Shown one piece after another: positions 48,876 to 59,742 of a stretch of 64,000 nt of DNA (positions are counted from its first letter, which is position 1; every line of letters starts with the position of its first letter). The DNA lies in the NCBI GenBank assembly GCA_041483195.1, contig JBGPFC010000014.1, positions 1-64,000 on the forward strand, given 5' to 3'. Source of the stretch: Candidatus Eiseniibacteriota bacterium. Lineage in GTDB: Bacteria > Eisenbacteria > RBG-16-71-46. The translations under genes and the position numbers were made by a program. The notes under the pieces were generated by a model that made no database searches, was not told the origin of the DNA, and saw nothing but the letters and a program-made list of their open reading frames with translations.

Positions 48876-49223
48876 AGGAATTGTCGATTTCCAGACACAC
48901 GCCGTTCAGTTTCATGCTGTTTCACTCCCGGGATCGCGTCGTGGGGCTCGATCTGCCTCCCAACCATGGACCATTCCATCCGCGAAAAACGAGCCTCGCG
49001 TGGCCCTCGGTGATTTCGAACGCGCCTCGCTCGAGGAGGCTGCGCGCGCTGCCCCCTTCGCGCACCGCAGTCCGGTTCCGAGGTGGCACCCTTAAGACGA
49101 GCGTCCGGGCGTCACCCGGACCCCCGCGCCCGATGCCCGGTGCGCCGCGCTCGTCGATCAATTCTCGACGCGCGCCGCGACGCGCGGCAGGTTGAGAGCC
49201 TCCCCGTCTTCGGAGGCGCCACG

Positions 49224-50156
49224 ATGACTCGCGGTCTGGCCCTGATGTTCGCGCTCGCCGTCCTGGCCGCGCGGCTCGCGTCCGCCCAGCAGCTTCCCGA
49301 TTCGTCGTACGACACTCACGTCGCGCGCCCGGCGTTCGCGGCGAATGGCCCGCGGGTGCTGTTCGACGAGGCCCACCACAACTTCCACACCTCCACCGGG
49401 CGGTACCTGCCGTTCGCCCGGCTGATGAGCGCGGACGGGTTCCGGCTCGAGCCCAACGCCGCTCCGTTCTCGGCCGCGACGCTGCGCGGGGCGGACATCC
49501 TCGTGATCGCGAACGCGCTCGGACACGAGGCCATGCGCGACACCGCGGCCTCGCATCCGGCGTTCGCCGATTTGGAGTGCATGGCGGTCCGTGACTGGGT
49601 GCGCGGCGGGGGCGCGTTGCTGCTGATCGCCGACCACGCGCCCATGGGTGACGCGGCTCGCGGGCTGGCGTCGCGCTTCGGCGTCGACATGCGCGCGGCG
49701 TACACCATCGATCCCGAGCACGGCGCAGACGGCAACGCGTCGCTCATCATGTACGCGGAGGGCTACGGGCTCGCGGTCACGCACCCGATCATTCGAGGCC
49801 GCGACAGCACCGAGCGCGTCACGCGGGTCCTCGCGTTCACCGGGCAGTCGCTCTCGGGGCCGCCCGGCGCGGTGTCGCTGTTGACGCTGGGCGCGAAGGC
49901 CGAGGACCTGCTCGTGCGCCTCGGCGAGGGCATCCAGTCCGTGAGCGGGGACCGCCGCCGCCCGGCCGGAGGGCGATCGCAGGGGCTCGCGTTCACATTC
50001 GGCAGGGGCCGGGTGGTGGTGCTCGGCGAGGCCGCGATGATGAGCGCGCAGCTCGCCGGCCCCAGGCGGATCCCGATGGGGATGAACGCGCCGGGCAGCG
50101 ACGACCGGACATTCGCGCTCAACGTGATGCGCTGGCTCGGCGGCGCGCTGCGCTGA
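49224..50156 (+). CDS. Secreted DUF4350/class I GATase-like domain protein
   Basis: VLFDEAHHN, WVRGGGALLLIADH, GRGRVVVLGE. Confidence 0.7.
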   Translation: MTRGLALMFALAVLAARLASAQQLPDSSYDTHVARPAFAANGPRVLFDEAHHNFHTSTGRYLPFARLMSADGFRLEPNAAPFSAATLRGADILVIANALGHEAMRDTAASHPAFADLECMAVRDWVRGGGALLLIADHAPMGDAARGLASRFGVDMRAAYTIDPEHGADGNASLIMYAEGYGLAVTHPIIRGRDSTERVTRVLAFTGQSLSGPPGAVSLLTLGAKAEDLLVRLGEGIQSVSGDRRRPAGGRSQGLAFTFGRGRVVVLGEAAMMSAQLAGPRRIPMGMNAPGSDDRTFALNVMRWLGGALR

Positions 50157-50317
50157 GGCACGAGCCGCGGCTGTCATTGATGGCGAGAGGCCGACCAAAC
50201 GGCGCGATCGAATTTTGCAGAGTTTCGTTGGGAACAGCGGGCCGGCGATCCTATACTTGTCGCCTGCGGAGGGGTCGATTCCCCGGGCTCATTTCCGCGC
50301 TGGCCTCGAGCGTCGCC

Positions 50318-53230
50318 GTGCCAACTCGATCGGATCACGTTCTTCTCGCCCGCCGCCGCTTCCTGCGTGCGGCCCACGCCGCCGCACCGGCGCTGATCCT
50401 CGCCCTGCTCGCCCCCGTTTCCGCTCACTCCGCCCCCGCGCCGACTCGGCGTGCGGCTCACATTTCGGCGGCCGGCCAGGCGCTGATGCTCGAGATATGG
50501 GACGCGGGGGGACTCCGCTCGAACGTATTCGCACAGGAACTCGCGGCGCGGCGCCAGAGCATGGGCGCGGCGTTCGAGCCCGCGCCGACCGATCAGCTCG
50601 TAGAGGCGCCCGCGCCGGGCATCGAGGCCGGGCCGCCTTTCCTCGCGAACGACGTCAACGTGAACAATCTCGCGCCCGCGGTCTGCGACTGCGCGGGCCG
50701 CGGCCTCTCCCAGGCCGAGACCACGATCGCCGCGTGGGGCCCTTACGTGCTCGTGAGCTACAACGACAATTCATACTTGTGCAAGGCTCCCGCCATATGG
50801 CCATCGCAGGGGCACGGCTACTCGATGGACTACGGCGCGACGTTTCACGATGGCGGACTGCTCTTCGGTCCCGGTACCGACGAGCTCTTTCAAGGGGATC
50901 CCACCGTCGCGGTCAACAAGAAGACCGGCGCCTTTTATATTTCCGGGCTCCTCAGGAAGAATCCGACGTACCCTGGCGTCGTGGCGCTCAAGGGGCATTT
51001 CGACGCGGACTCGTTCGCGATCGACGTGCGCCGCGACGTCGGCCTCTCCCAGGGCAGCGACTCTTTCGACAAGCCGTGGATGGCCGTCGACTCGCTGTCG
51101 GGAAACGTCTACGTCACGTGGACCAACTTCCGGGCCGACGGCAGCGTCAGGCTCGAGTTGCAGCGCTGCGACGCGGACCTCAACCCGCTGGGCCCGGTGC
51201 AGGTCATCGACGCGCTCAACGACCCGGTCTATTCGCTTCAAGGAACGAATCCCACCGTGGGGCCATCGGGCGAGCTGTACATCCCATGGGGACTCTACGA
51301 CGTGCCGTTCAGCGGCACGCTGGCGGCCCATCAGGTGGTGCGCTCCGACGACTTCGGCGTCACTTTCGGCCCGATCCACACCGTCAGCTCGCTCGAGTGG
51401 GACACGTTCAGCGGCGGTCCGGGGTCTCGACGCGGGTTCGGCGGGATGGACCCCGGGATGGCGGTCGACATGAGCCACGGTCCCCACCGCGGGCGAGCCT
51501 ACATGGTGTGGGACGAGTGCGTGCACTATCAGAACGCGGTGTTCGGGACCGGCACCGCCGCCGTCGGGCGCAACAGCAATTTCTCGACGGCGGTCCCGTT
51601 CGTTCCCGGCAAGAAGATCCGCGGCACCTTTGCGAACGGAGCCACGCACGTCTTCGCCTTCACCGGCCACGCCGGGCAGACGTTCGTCCTGCGCAGGGAT
51701 TCGCTCGAGGTGTCGAACTTCGCGCTGCGGATCATGTGCTCCAGCAACACCGACGCGACGACGCTCGCGAACTACCACACGCTGGTCTTCGCGCCGGGCA
51801 TCTCGGAGGGCGGGGCGGTGTGCGGCCTCCCCTACGACGGCACCTACTACGTCTGGCTCGGCCCGATCAGCGGCCAGGTGCCGCCCGGCGCCTACGCACT
51901 CTCGACCGCGTTCTACACGCCGGGACCGGGCGAGCTGGCGCGCGACCAGCGCGACGAGGCGTTCTCGTATTCGGACGACGGCGCCAGCTGGAGCGCGCCG
52001 ATCCGTCTCAACGACAGCGCGCCGGGATTCGACGGCTGCTTCCCCGCGGTGACGGTGGACGGGCTCGGGCGCGTGCACGCGTTCTGGCTCGACTGGCGAT
52101 CCGATCCCGGCTGCGGGGACATCTCCGACACCTACATGACGTCATCGGGAGACGGCGGATTGACGTGGGGCGCCAACCGGCGCTTGAGCGACGTCTCGTC
52201 GTACTGGAGCTACCTCGGTGCTTGCTCGAACGCGAACCAGGGCGATTACGAGCAGATCGCCGCCGACGGCGATCGCATCTACGCGGCCTTCCCCGATTCG
52301 CGCAACGGGAACCCCGACGTGTACGTGGACGCGGCCGTGAACCGCATGACCTCGAGCTGTCCGGCCGGCGGCCCGATCCAGCCGGGCGCGGACAACCCGG
52401 TCACGTTCCATCTCACCAATGGTGGCAACTTCGATACGCCCCTCGCCTGGAGAATCGTGGACGACGCGGGCTGGCTCACGGGAGCGACCCCCGGCGTGTC
52501 GGGCACGCAGGGCCTTGCCGCGAACGGCGGAACTCTGACCGTGGCGGCCACGCTCCATCCGCCGCTCGGTTGCGTCGGGGACTCATCGCGGGTCCGGTTC
52601 ATCACGTCCGACCCGTTCATCCCGGGACGGTTCGATACCTGTGTCACCGTGGTACGTTGCGAGGTCGTGGTCCCGGCCCTGATTTCGCTGGTGGGTGCCG
52701 ACGCCGCTCCGAATCGCGTGACGCTGACCTGGTATCGCGGGGAGGGTGGCCCGTTCGACGGCACGATTCAGCGCCGGCGCACGGACGATGACTGGGCGGA
52801 CATCGGCCAGGCGTCGTCGGACGGCACCGGCCGGGTTCGCTTCGTGGACGATGGCGTCGCGCCGGGGAACCGGTACGGCTATCGCCTGAGCTGGCTCGAA
52901 GCGGGCGCGGCGATGTCGAGCCCGGTGTCGTGGATCGACGTGCCGGTCGCGTTCTCGCTCTCGTTCTCGGCGCCGAGTCCCAACCCGAGCGCGGGACCGA
53001 CGCGCCTGCGTTACGTGTTGCCGCGCCGCGGCCCGGTGCGGCTCGACCTGTTCGCAACGAGCGGCGCCCGGGTGCGCATGCTCGAATCGGGGGCGCGCGA
53101 GGCCGGCGCGCACGACGTGACGTGGGACGGGGCGGATGACCGCGGACGGCGGGTGCCCCCCGGCGCCTACCTCGCCCAGCTGGTCACCGAGGGCGGCACG
53201 ATGCGGAGGATGCTGATCGTCGTCCGCTGA
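50318..53230 (+). CDS. Secreted BNR/sialidase-like beta-propeller protein with FlgD-Ig/T9SS-type CTD
   Basis: Asp-boxes SMDYGATF, SDDFGVTF, SDDGASW, SGDGGLTW; DKPWMAVD; CTD PSPNP...WDGADDRG..PPGAY; start approximate. Confidence 0.75.
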   Translation: MPTRSDHVLLARRRFLRAAHAAAPALILALLAPVSAHSAPAPTRRAAHISAAGQALMLEIWDAGGLRSNVFAQELAARRQSMGAAFEPAPTDQLVEAPAPGIEAGPPFLANDVNVNNLAPAVCDCAGRGLSQAETTIAAWGPYVLVSYNDNSYLCKAPAIWPSQGHGYSMDYGATFHDGGLLFGPGTDELFQGDPTVAVNKKTGAFYISGLLRKNPTYPGVVALKGHFDADSFAIDVRRDVGLSQGSDSFDKPWMAVDSLSGNVYVTWTNFRADGSVRLELQRCDADLNPLGPVQVIDALNDPVYSLQGTNPTVGPSGELYIPWGLYDVPFSGTLAAHQVVRSDDFGVTFGPIHTVSSLEWDTFSGGPGSRRGFGGMDPGMAVDMSHGPHRGRAYMVWDECVHYQNAVFGTGTAAVGRNSNFSTAVPFVPGKKIRGTFANGATHVFAFTGHAGQTFVLRRDSLEVSNFALRIMCSSNTDATTLANYHTLVFAPGISEGGAVCGLPYDGTYYVWLGPISGQVPPGAYALSTAFYTPGPGELARDQRDEAFSYSDDGASWSAPIRLNDSAPGFDGCFPAVTVDGLGRVHAFWLDWRSDPGCGDISDTYMTSSGDGGLTWGANRRLSDVSSYWSYLGACSNANQGDYEQIAADGDRIYAAFPDSRNGNPDVYVDAAVNRMTSSCPAGGPIQPGADNPVTFHLTNGGNFDTPLAWRIVDDAGWLTGATPGVSGTQGLAANGGTLTVAATLHPPLGCVGDSSRVRFITSDPFIPGRFDTCVTVVRCEVVVPALISLVGADAAPNRVTLTWYRGEGGPFDGTIQRRRTDDDWADIGQASSDGTGRVRFVDDGVAPGNRYGYRLSWLEAGAAMSSPVSWIDVPVAFSLSFSAPSPNPSAGPTRLRYVLPRRGPVRLDLFATSGARVRMLESGAREAGAHDVTWDGADDRGRRVPPGAYLAQLVTEGGTMRRMLIVVR

Positions 53231-53236
53231 GGCTCC

Positions 53237-53267
53237 TCCCCTCGACGCGCTGGCGGCGTCGAGGGGA
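53237..53267. terminator. Hairpin between convergent genes
   Basis: tcccctcgacgc / gcgtcgagggga perfect 12-bp stem. Confidence 0.55.
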
Positions 53268-53304
53268 AGGGCGGGCGCGACCGGTCGCGCGATCAGCGTT
53301 CGCC

Positions 53305-55713
53305 TCACACGTAGGCCAGCGCTTCGCGAACCGTCATGCGCGATGCGCTCAGCGCCGGCACCGCGGTCGCGACGGCGGATGAAAGCAGCGCAACCGCCAG
53401 CCACGTGAGCGCCGCGGGGAGCGACATCACGAGCGGCAGCGGCGCGCGGAAGGCCAGCCCGCCGACCAGCGCACCGACTCCGGTCGAGAGCGGGACCGCG
53501 AGCGCGATCGCGATCAGGCCGCTCGTCGCGCCCACGAACAGCCCTTCCCCGAGGATGACGCGCAGCACCATCGAGCGCGTCGCCCCCACGGCCTGCATGA
53601 CACCGAGCTCGCGCATCCGCTCGAGCACGCTGGTGCTCATGGCCGCGCCGAGTCCCAGCACGCCCACCACGCTCATGAGTCCCGCCAGCATCATGATCAC
53701 GCCGAGCAGGATGGCCATGTGCTCGCCCACCGCGGTCACCAGCTCCTCGACCGGCAGGAAGAACTCGATGCCCAACCCAGCGCCTTCGACCGCCTGCTCC
53801 GTCCGCCGGATGATCGCGGCGCGGCCGGCCGCGTCGTTGGCGAGCGTGGCCACGCGCAGGAGTCGCGTCGCGCCGGGGGTGCGCGTCACGCCCTGGAATG
53901 TGGCAGCGGAGACGTACGCGGTCGCTGGCGAGCCGATGTCACGGACCAGTCCGACCACGCGCCAGGTGTGAGCCGCCCCGTCGACCGAGATCGTCACCGA
54001 GCGGCCGACCGCGGCCCTGGGTGCCGCCGCGGCGGCCATGTGATTGAGGACCACGACCCCGTCGTCACCGGGCTCGAGCCAGCGCCCGGCGAGCAGCGGG
54101 AAGTTCACGAGCCGGGTGTCGGGCGGCGTTCCCACCACGCGAAAGGCGTTGTGTCCCTTGTCGGGATAGGTGTGGATCACCTCAACGCCGGGGTCGGCTC
54201 CCCACGACGCATCGGCCAGGCCCCACGCTTCGGCCGTGCCGACACCGGGCACCGCGCGCACCACGCCGACCGCCTTCTCGATCGGCTCCGGCCGCTGGAA
54301 ACGGATCTCGAGATCGTATTTCCGGCCGGTGTTCACCTCGCCGAGCCGCACCGACCAGGCCTTCGCGGTGTTCATGCCGGTCAGGAACATCGCGCCGCCC
54401 GATGAGAGCAGGCCGAGCGTCATGAGCAGGCGCGCCCGGCGACGGAACGCATTGCGAATTCCGAGGCGCACGAGCATGTCGAGGCCCTGCAGCCCGCCGA
54501 GCCACGCATCGACGCGGCGGGTGCCGAATGACTCCTGGTCGGCCCCCGAGTCGTGGATGGCTTCGCGCACGGTCATGCGGCTCGCACGCAGTACCGGAAT
54601 CGCGGCCGCGCCGAACGGGACGAGCAGCCCGGCCGCGCACTGCACGGCGAGCACCCACCACGGTATGAAGGTGCTCGCGATTCCGATGTTGAGGTCGGCG
54701 GCCGTCGTGCTCGCGAGCGCTCGCGCGACGAACCGCGACGAGGGCACCGCGATCGAGAGCGCGGCGATCCCAAGCACCAGCATCATCGCCATGTAGAGCC
54801 CGGCGATCTGGCCTTCGCGCGCGCCGATCGTCTTCATGACTCCGATCTCACGCACCTGGCGCACCATCATCGCCGACACCATGCTCCCGACGAGCACTCC
54901 GCTCAGCAGCAGGGCCGCGAGGGAGAATCCGTTGAGCATGAGCATGATGGCCTCCATCTGGCCCTGATGCGGGTGCCGGGCGGGCGGAGGAATCTGGATC
55001 TGGCTCACGACGTGTCCCTGTCCGCGCAACAGCTCGGCCACCCGCCGCGCCGTGCCTTCGATGGCCGCCGCATTCATCGGCGCTCGAGCCTCCACGATCT
55101 TCACTTCGTCGAGCGTTCCCCTCCCGTCGATGAGCGCGAGGGTCGCCGGGGTGATGTAGGCCCACACCGTCCGCTCCATCTGCGCCGGCGCGAGCCCGGA
55201 GTCCCAGACCGTGCCCGCGAGCTTCACGGAAGTGGGCCGGCCGTGCGGTGTCTTGACCATCACGCGCTCGCCGAGCCGCGCCCCGGTCAGGGCCAGCGCC
55301 ATGTGGTCGACGAGCATCGTCCCCGTGGGCGGCGGCCACTCGCCTTCGAGGCGGGTGAACGACGAGAGCCGCATCGCGCTGAAATCGGGCACCACGAACA
55401 ACAGGAGCGGCCGCCAGTCGTCGCCCACGCGCACGCGCGCGAGGACGGTCGCGCGCGCCTCGGCCGCCGCGACGCCGGGCTGAGCGCGCACCTCGTCGAT
55501 GAGCGGAGCGTCCACCGAATCCGTCTCGAGCGTCGCCGAAGCCGGATTCGTGGCCCGGTAGGCCCGCGTCAGCTCACGCGAGAGCACCGAGTACGCACCG
55601 AGCGTCGTGCCCAGCGCGAACAGGCTCGCCGCCACGGCGACGATCAGAAGAATCATGCGACCGCGGCTGGACCACAGGTCACGCCGCACCTTCTGCCAGC
55701 GAGCGCTAAGCAT
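53305..55713 (-). CDS. FtsX/MacB-like ABC permease (duplicated)
   Basis: [13 protein letters not shown] and [14 protein letters not shown] motifs. Confidence 0.9.
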   Translation of the reverse strand: MLSARWQKVRRDLWSSRGRMILLIVAVAASLFALGTTLGAYSVLSRELTRAYRATNPASATLETDSVDAPLIDEVRAQPGVAAAEARATVLARVRVGDDWRPLLLFVVPDFSAMRLSSFTRLEGEWPPPTGTMLVDHMALALTGARLGERVMVKTPHGRPTSVKLAGTVWDSGLAPAQMERTVWAYITPATLALIDGRGTLDEVKIVEARAPMNAAAIEGTARRVAELLRGQGHVVSQIQIPPPARHPHQGQMEAIMLMLNGFSLAALLLSGVLVGSMVSAMMVRQVREIGVMKTIGAREGQIAGLYMAMMLVLGIAALSIAVPSSRFVARALASTTAADLNIGIASTFIPWWVLAVQCAAGLLVPFGAAAIPVLRASRMTVREAIHDSGADQESFGTRRVDAWLGGLQGLDMLVRLGIRNAFRRRARLLMTLGLLSSGGAMFLTGMNTAKAWSVRLGEVNTGRKYDLEIRFQRPEPIEKAVGVVRAVPGVGTAEAWGLADASWGADPGVEVIHTYPDKGHNAFRVVGTPPDTRLVNFPLLAGRWLEPGDDGVVVLNHMAAAAAPRAAVGRSVTISVDGAAHTWRVVGLVRDIGSPATAYVSAATFQGVTRTPGATRLLRVATLANDAAGRAAIIRRTEQAVEGAGLGIEFFLPVEELVTAVGEHMAILLGVIMMLAGLMSVVGVLGLGAAMSTSVLERMRELGVMQAVGATRSMVLRVILGEGLFVGATSGLIAIALAVPLSTGVGALVGGLAFRAPLPLVMSLPAALTWLAVALLSSAVATAVPALSASRMTVREALAYV

Positions 55714-56446
55714 GGGCCACCTCCCTGCCGTCGTACTGCGCCCGAGATTCGTCGGCCACGATCAGGCCGTCGTCGATGCGGATGATGCGCTTCACCCAGC
55801 GTGCGACGTTGGGATCGTGGGTCACCACCACCACGGTCTTCCCGTCCGCCGCCAGCGCGCGGAACAGCTCCCACACCGCCTGACCGGTCCGGGAATCGAG
55901 ATTGCCCGTCGGCTCGTCCGCCACGAGCAGCGGCGGGTCGTTGGCCAGCGCCCGGGCGATGGCCGCGCGCTGCTGTTGCCCGCCGGAGAGCGCGAGCGGC
56001 AGCTTGTCGGCCTGGTCGGCGATGCCGACACGCTCCAGCAGCGCGAGCGCACGCGGCCTGCGCTCGGCGACCGGATACGTTTCGCAGAAATCCATCGGCA
56101 ACGCGACGTTCTCTGCCACCGTGAGCGTCGGCAGCAGCTGGAAGAACTGGAAGACTACGCCCACGTTGCGTCCCCGCCAGCCGGCGAGCCGGCTCTCGCC
56201 GAGTGCGTGGACCGCGGTGCCGGCGATGAACACCTCGCCGCGCGTCGGCCGGTCGATCCCGGCGATGATGTTCATCAGGGTCGACTTCCCGCTCCCGGAC
56301 CGCCCGACCACGGCGGCCAGCTCGCCCCCGCGCACCTGGAGGTCGACGCCGCCGAGGGCCCGCAGCGCGCCCGATGGAGCGTCGTAGTCCTTGATGATGG
56401 CGTGCAGGTCGATGACGGGTTGTTCGATCTGGATCCTCGGGATGAT
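55706..56446 (-). CDS. ABC transporter ATP-binding protein (LolD/MacB-like); start codon unclear
   Basis: [30 protein letters not shown]. Confidence 0.9.
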   Translation of the reverse strand: MIPRIQIEQPVIDLHAIIKDYDAPSGALRALGGVDLQVRGGELAAVVGRSGSGKSTLMNIIAGIDRPTRGEVFIAGTAVHALGESRLAGWRGRNVGVVFQFFQLLPTLTVAENVALPMDFCETYPVAERRPRALALLERVGIADQADKLPLALSGGQQQRAAIARALANDPPLLVADEPTGNLDSRTGQAVWELFRALAADGKTVVVVTHDPNVARWVKRIIRIDDGLIVADESRAQYDGREVAHA

Positions 56447-56602
56447 GGGCCTCCTTTCGAAACGTCGTGTTTTCTTCTGGACTCTTTGTCCGCTGTTGAA
56501 TATGGTGTTCAGTAACTGACGACACAATCGACAACGTGGCGCGGTTCGTCCGAAAGCGGACAAATGGGCGCCAACCGTCCAGGCAAAGTGAGGGGAGCGA
56601 AG

Positions 56603-57193
56603 ATGGCGGAGCGGAAGGAAGACCGACGGATCCAGCGGACGCGTCTCATGCTGAGATCGGCGATGACGTCCTTGATCCGGGAGAAGGGGTTCGAGGCGCT
56701 CACCGTGCAGGACATCATCGACCGCGCCAACGTGGGGCGCTCGACCTTCTACACGCACTTCAAGAGCAAGGAGGATCTGTTGACCGGCAGCGTCGAGATG
56801 ATGCGATCGACGCTCAGGAAATTTCAGCGCCAGGCGCGCGGTGGATCCGCGAGCGCCCGGGAGCGCATGTTCGCCTTCGCACACGAGCTGTTCGCGCATG
56901 CGGAACAGCACCGGGACGTCTTCGCCGCGATGGCGGGCAAGCGGAGCGGCACCGTCTTTCAGCAGCACCTGCACCGGATGCTGGCGGAGCTCGTGCGCGA
57001 AGACGTGGACTCCACGGCCTCGCGCAGGAAACGCGATGCCGTGCACGTGCAGGCGGCGGTGCAGTTCGTGGCGGGCGGCCTGCTCGGGCTGCTGGTGTCA
57101 TGGCAGGACGATCTCCCTCAAGTGTCCGTCGTCGATCTCGACGCCCTCTTCCGGCGGATGGCCATCCCCGCCGTCGAGGCCGTTCTGAGCTGA
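56603..57193 (+). CDS. TetR/AcrR-family regulator
   Basis: DRRIQRTR...[20 protein letters not shown]; divergent from the ABC operon. Confidence 0.93.
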   Translation: MAERKEDRRIQRTRLMLRSAMTSLIREKGFEALTVQDIIDRANVGRSTFYTHFKSKEDLLTGSVEMMRSTLRKFQRQARGGSASARERMFAFAHELFAHAEQHRDVFAAMAGKRSGTVFQQHLHRMLAELVREDVDSTASRRKRDAVHVQAAVQFVAGGLLGLLVSWQDDLPQVSVVDLDALFRRMAIPAVEAVLS

Positions 57194-57251
57194 GGCCGGC
57201 GCGCTCGGACGGCGCTGGGAGCGAGGCCTCGTCGTGTGATTCAATGCCGGG

Positions 57252-58304
57252 GTGAGCGGCCCATCCACGCGTTTCGCTCTCTCCCGCCCGGTGCTGGCTT
57301 CGCTGGCGGCGGCGCTCCTGTTCGGAGCATCGACTCCGCTGGCGAAGGCGCTGCTCTCATCGATCGCTCCGCTCACCCTCGCAGGGCTGCTCTATCTCGG
57401 CGCCGCGATCGGCGCGCTGCCGTTCGCGTTTCGGGGCGGCTCCGGCGAACTCCGGCGTGATCCCCGGCAGCGGCGCCTGCTCGGATTCGCGGTGATCTTC
57501 GGCGGCGGCATCGCCCCGGTCCTGCTGCTGCTGGGCCTTCGTGCTGCGCCCGCCGCGTCGGTCTCGCTGTGGCTCAACACGGAGGTCATCGCGACGGCGC
57601 TGCTGGCGTGGACGTTCTTTCACGAGCATCTCGACCGCCGCACGGTGCTGGCCGGGGGCCTCGTGCTCGCGGGCGGCATCATCCTCGCGGCGCCCGAGGG
57701 CGCGGCGGGTTGGAAGGCGGGAGCGCTGGTCGCCGGCGCATGCGTGTGCTGGGGGATGGACAACAACCTCACGGCGCTCGTGAGCGGGTTCACTCCAGCT
57801 CAGACGACGGTGGCGAAGGGCCTGATCGCGGGGACGGTCAATCTCGCGCTCGGGCTCTCGCTCGGGCAGCACTTCCCAGGCGCCGCGCGAGCCGGCGCGG
57901 CCCTCGGAGTCGGAGCGGTCAGCTACGGCCTCTCGATCATGCTCTACATCTTCGGCGCCCAGCAGCTGGGCGCCACCCGCTCCCAGCTGCTGTTCGCCAC
58001 CTCGCCCTTCCTGGGCGTGATCCTGGCGTGGACGCTGTTCCACGAGCGCGTCCAGCCGGCGCAGCTCGCGTCGGCTCCCTGCATCGCCGCGGGGATCTAC
58101 TTCATGCTGACCGCGCGCCACGGGCACGGGCACGCCCACGAGGCGATGACGCACACGCACAGCCACCGGCACGACGACGGACACCACACGCACGTCCACC
58201 CGGGGCTACCGGCGTGGGTGCGGCATACGCATCCGCACGAACACGAACCGATGGTCCACGACCATCCGCACGTGCCGGATCTGCACCATCGGCATTCGCA
58301 CTGA
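57252..58304 (+). CDS. EamA/DMT transporter with His-rich C-terminal tail
   Basis: About ten TM segments, CWGMDNNLT, tail HGHGHAH...HPHVPDLHHRHSH. Confidence 0.88.
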   Translation: MSGPSTRFALSRPVLASLAAALLFGASTPLAKALLSSIAPLTLAGLLYLGAAIGALPFAFRGGSGELRRDPRQRRLLGFAVIFGGGIAPVLLLLGLRAAPAASVSLWLNTEVIATALLAWTFFHEHLDRRTVLAGGLVLAGGIILAAPEGAAGWKAGALVAGACVCWGMDNNLTALVSGFTPAQTTVAKGLIAGTVNLALGLSLGQHFPGAARAGAALGVGAVSYGLSIMLYIFGAQQLGATRSQLLFATSPFLGVILAWTLFHERVQPAQLASAPCIAAGIYFMLTARHGHGHAHEAMTHTHSHRHDDGHHTHVHPGLPAWVRHTHPHEHEPMVHDHPHVPDLHHRHSH

Positions 58305-58334
58305 GACCGGCCGGCGGTATCTCGAATCCGCGAC

Positions 58335-59261
58335 TCAAGCCGAGTCGAGAAACACCGAGGCTCGATGCGTCCGGGGCAGGAACGCATAGACGCGATGCGC
58401 GTCGCCGTCGAACGCGATGGTGTGCGCCCCGGGCTCGGTTGGCACGCTCTCGAGCCTGCTCCATGCGGCCACGTCGATGACGTCGATGGTGCCGGGATCA
58501 CCGACCGCGATGTACAGATGCGAGAGCGCGTGATCCAGGAATACGACGTCCGGCGGCCCGCTCAGCTCGAGGCTTCCGAGCATCCGGCCGGACCGGGCGT
58601 CCAGCGCGAGGACCCGCCCCTCGTCGCAGGCGCAATAGAGCCGCGACCTCGGGCCATCGAGGTCCAGCCCATGCGGTCCGCGGGCCGCGATCGGGAGATG
58701 GCCGCCGATGAACTCCGGAAGTTCCGGATCGACCACGACGATCGCGGGAGGTTCCGCGATGTTCACGAAGAACACATGCCGCTCGGGATCGTGGACGCAC
58801 CACCGCGTCCGACCCGGCATCGGGACCGCCGCGAGCGGCGCCCTGCGAGCAACATCCACCAGCGTGACGCCTGGCGCAGCCGCTGCGTTCGGGTCGCCGA
58901 CGTTGGCGCAGATCAAGATGCCTCGATCCGGATCGTAGGCCAATCCGTTCGGCCTGACGCCAACGGGGACCTTCACCACAGGATCCGCGGGGTCGGACGA
59001 GAAGATCCCAACGGTGTTCTCGCCGCGATTCGATGTGAATACCTGATTCGCCGGCTCGTCGACGAGCACCCCGGCGACCCCCTTCAGGCCGGTGACGGAG
59101 CGAAGGTACGTTCCGGACCGGGTGTCGATCACGTCCACCGCGTCGTTGGCCGCGTGGGCCACGTAGAGCAGGGCTCGGCCTCGATCAGTCGCGGCATGAT
59201 CGAAGCCACCCTGCCCGGAGTGGTCCGGCAGATCGATGAAGCCGAGGTGTTTCAAGCCCAT
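58335..59261 (-). CDS. YncE-like beta-propeller protein
   Basis: GGFDH, VGVRPNGLAYD, GPHGLDLD, GAHTIAFD repeats. Confidence 0.8.
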   Translation of the reverse strand: MGLKHLGFIDLPDHSGQGGFDHAATDRGRALLYVAHAANDAVDVIDTRSGTYLRSVTGLKGVAGVLVDEPANQVFTSNRGENTVGIFSSDPADPVVKVPVGVRPNGLAYDPDRGILICANVGDPNAAAAPGVTLVDVARRAPLAAVPMPGRTRWCVHDPERHVFFVNIAEPPAIVVVDPELPEFIGGHLPIAARGPHGLDLDGPRSRLYCACDEGRVLALDARSGRMLGSLELSGPPDVVFLDHALSHLYIAVGDPGTIDVIDVAAWSRLESVPTEPGAHTIAFDGDAHRVYAFLPRTHRASVFLDSA

Positions 59262-59280
59262 GGGGCCGGCAAGTCGATTC

Positions 59281-59742
59281 TCAGCGAGCGGCGCCTTCGA
59301 GCTTGCCCAGCTCCACCATCTGCTTGCTGTATGCGTAGAGCGCGTCGTAGACGATCCACTCGGCGGCGTTGATCTCGTGATCGTTCTTGTAGCCGAGGCC
59401 GCGGAAACCCTCGGCGACCGCCTTGAGCCCCGCGGACTCCGGCTGATTCCACAGCGAGTTGTCCGTGTCGGCGCCGTTCACGATTCGGGCGAGCAGCATG
59501 AGCGCCGGATCGGACGTCAGGCCGTACTTCTTCACGATCGCTTCGAAGGTGCACTCCTTCCCCTGATGCCCGAGCTCGTTCCCCTTCATGTCGTAGGGCG
59601 TCGCACCCTCGCGTTCCGCGACGGCCGTGACCTGATCGGCGGGCACGAAGAGGAATTCCGCCTTCGGGTCCACGAACTTTCGAATCAGCCACGGGCAGGC
59701 GACCCGGTCCACGTGCACGTTTTCCTTCGTCACCCACTTCAT
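59281..59742 (-). CDS. Chromate-resistance ChrB C-terminal-domain protein (ChrF-like)
   Basis: MKWVT..VDRVACPWLIRKFVDPKAEFLFV, HQGKECTFE, YDALY. Confidence 0.88.
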   Translation of the reverse strand: MKWVTKENVHVDRVACPWLIRKFVDPKAEFLFVPADQVTAVAEREGATPYDMKGNELGHQGKECTFEAIVKKYGLTSDPALMLLARIVNGADTDNSLWNQPESAGLKAVAEGFRGLGYKNDHEINAAEWIVYDALYAYSKQMVELGKLEGAAR

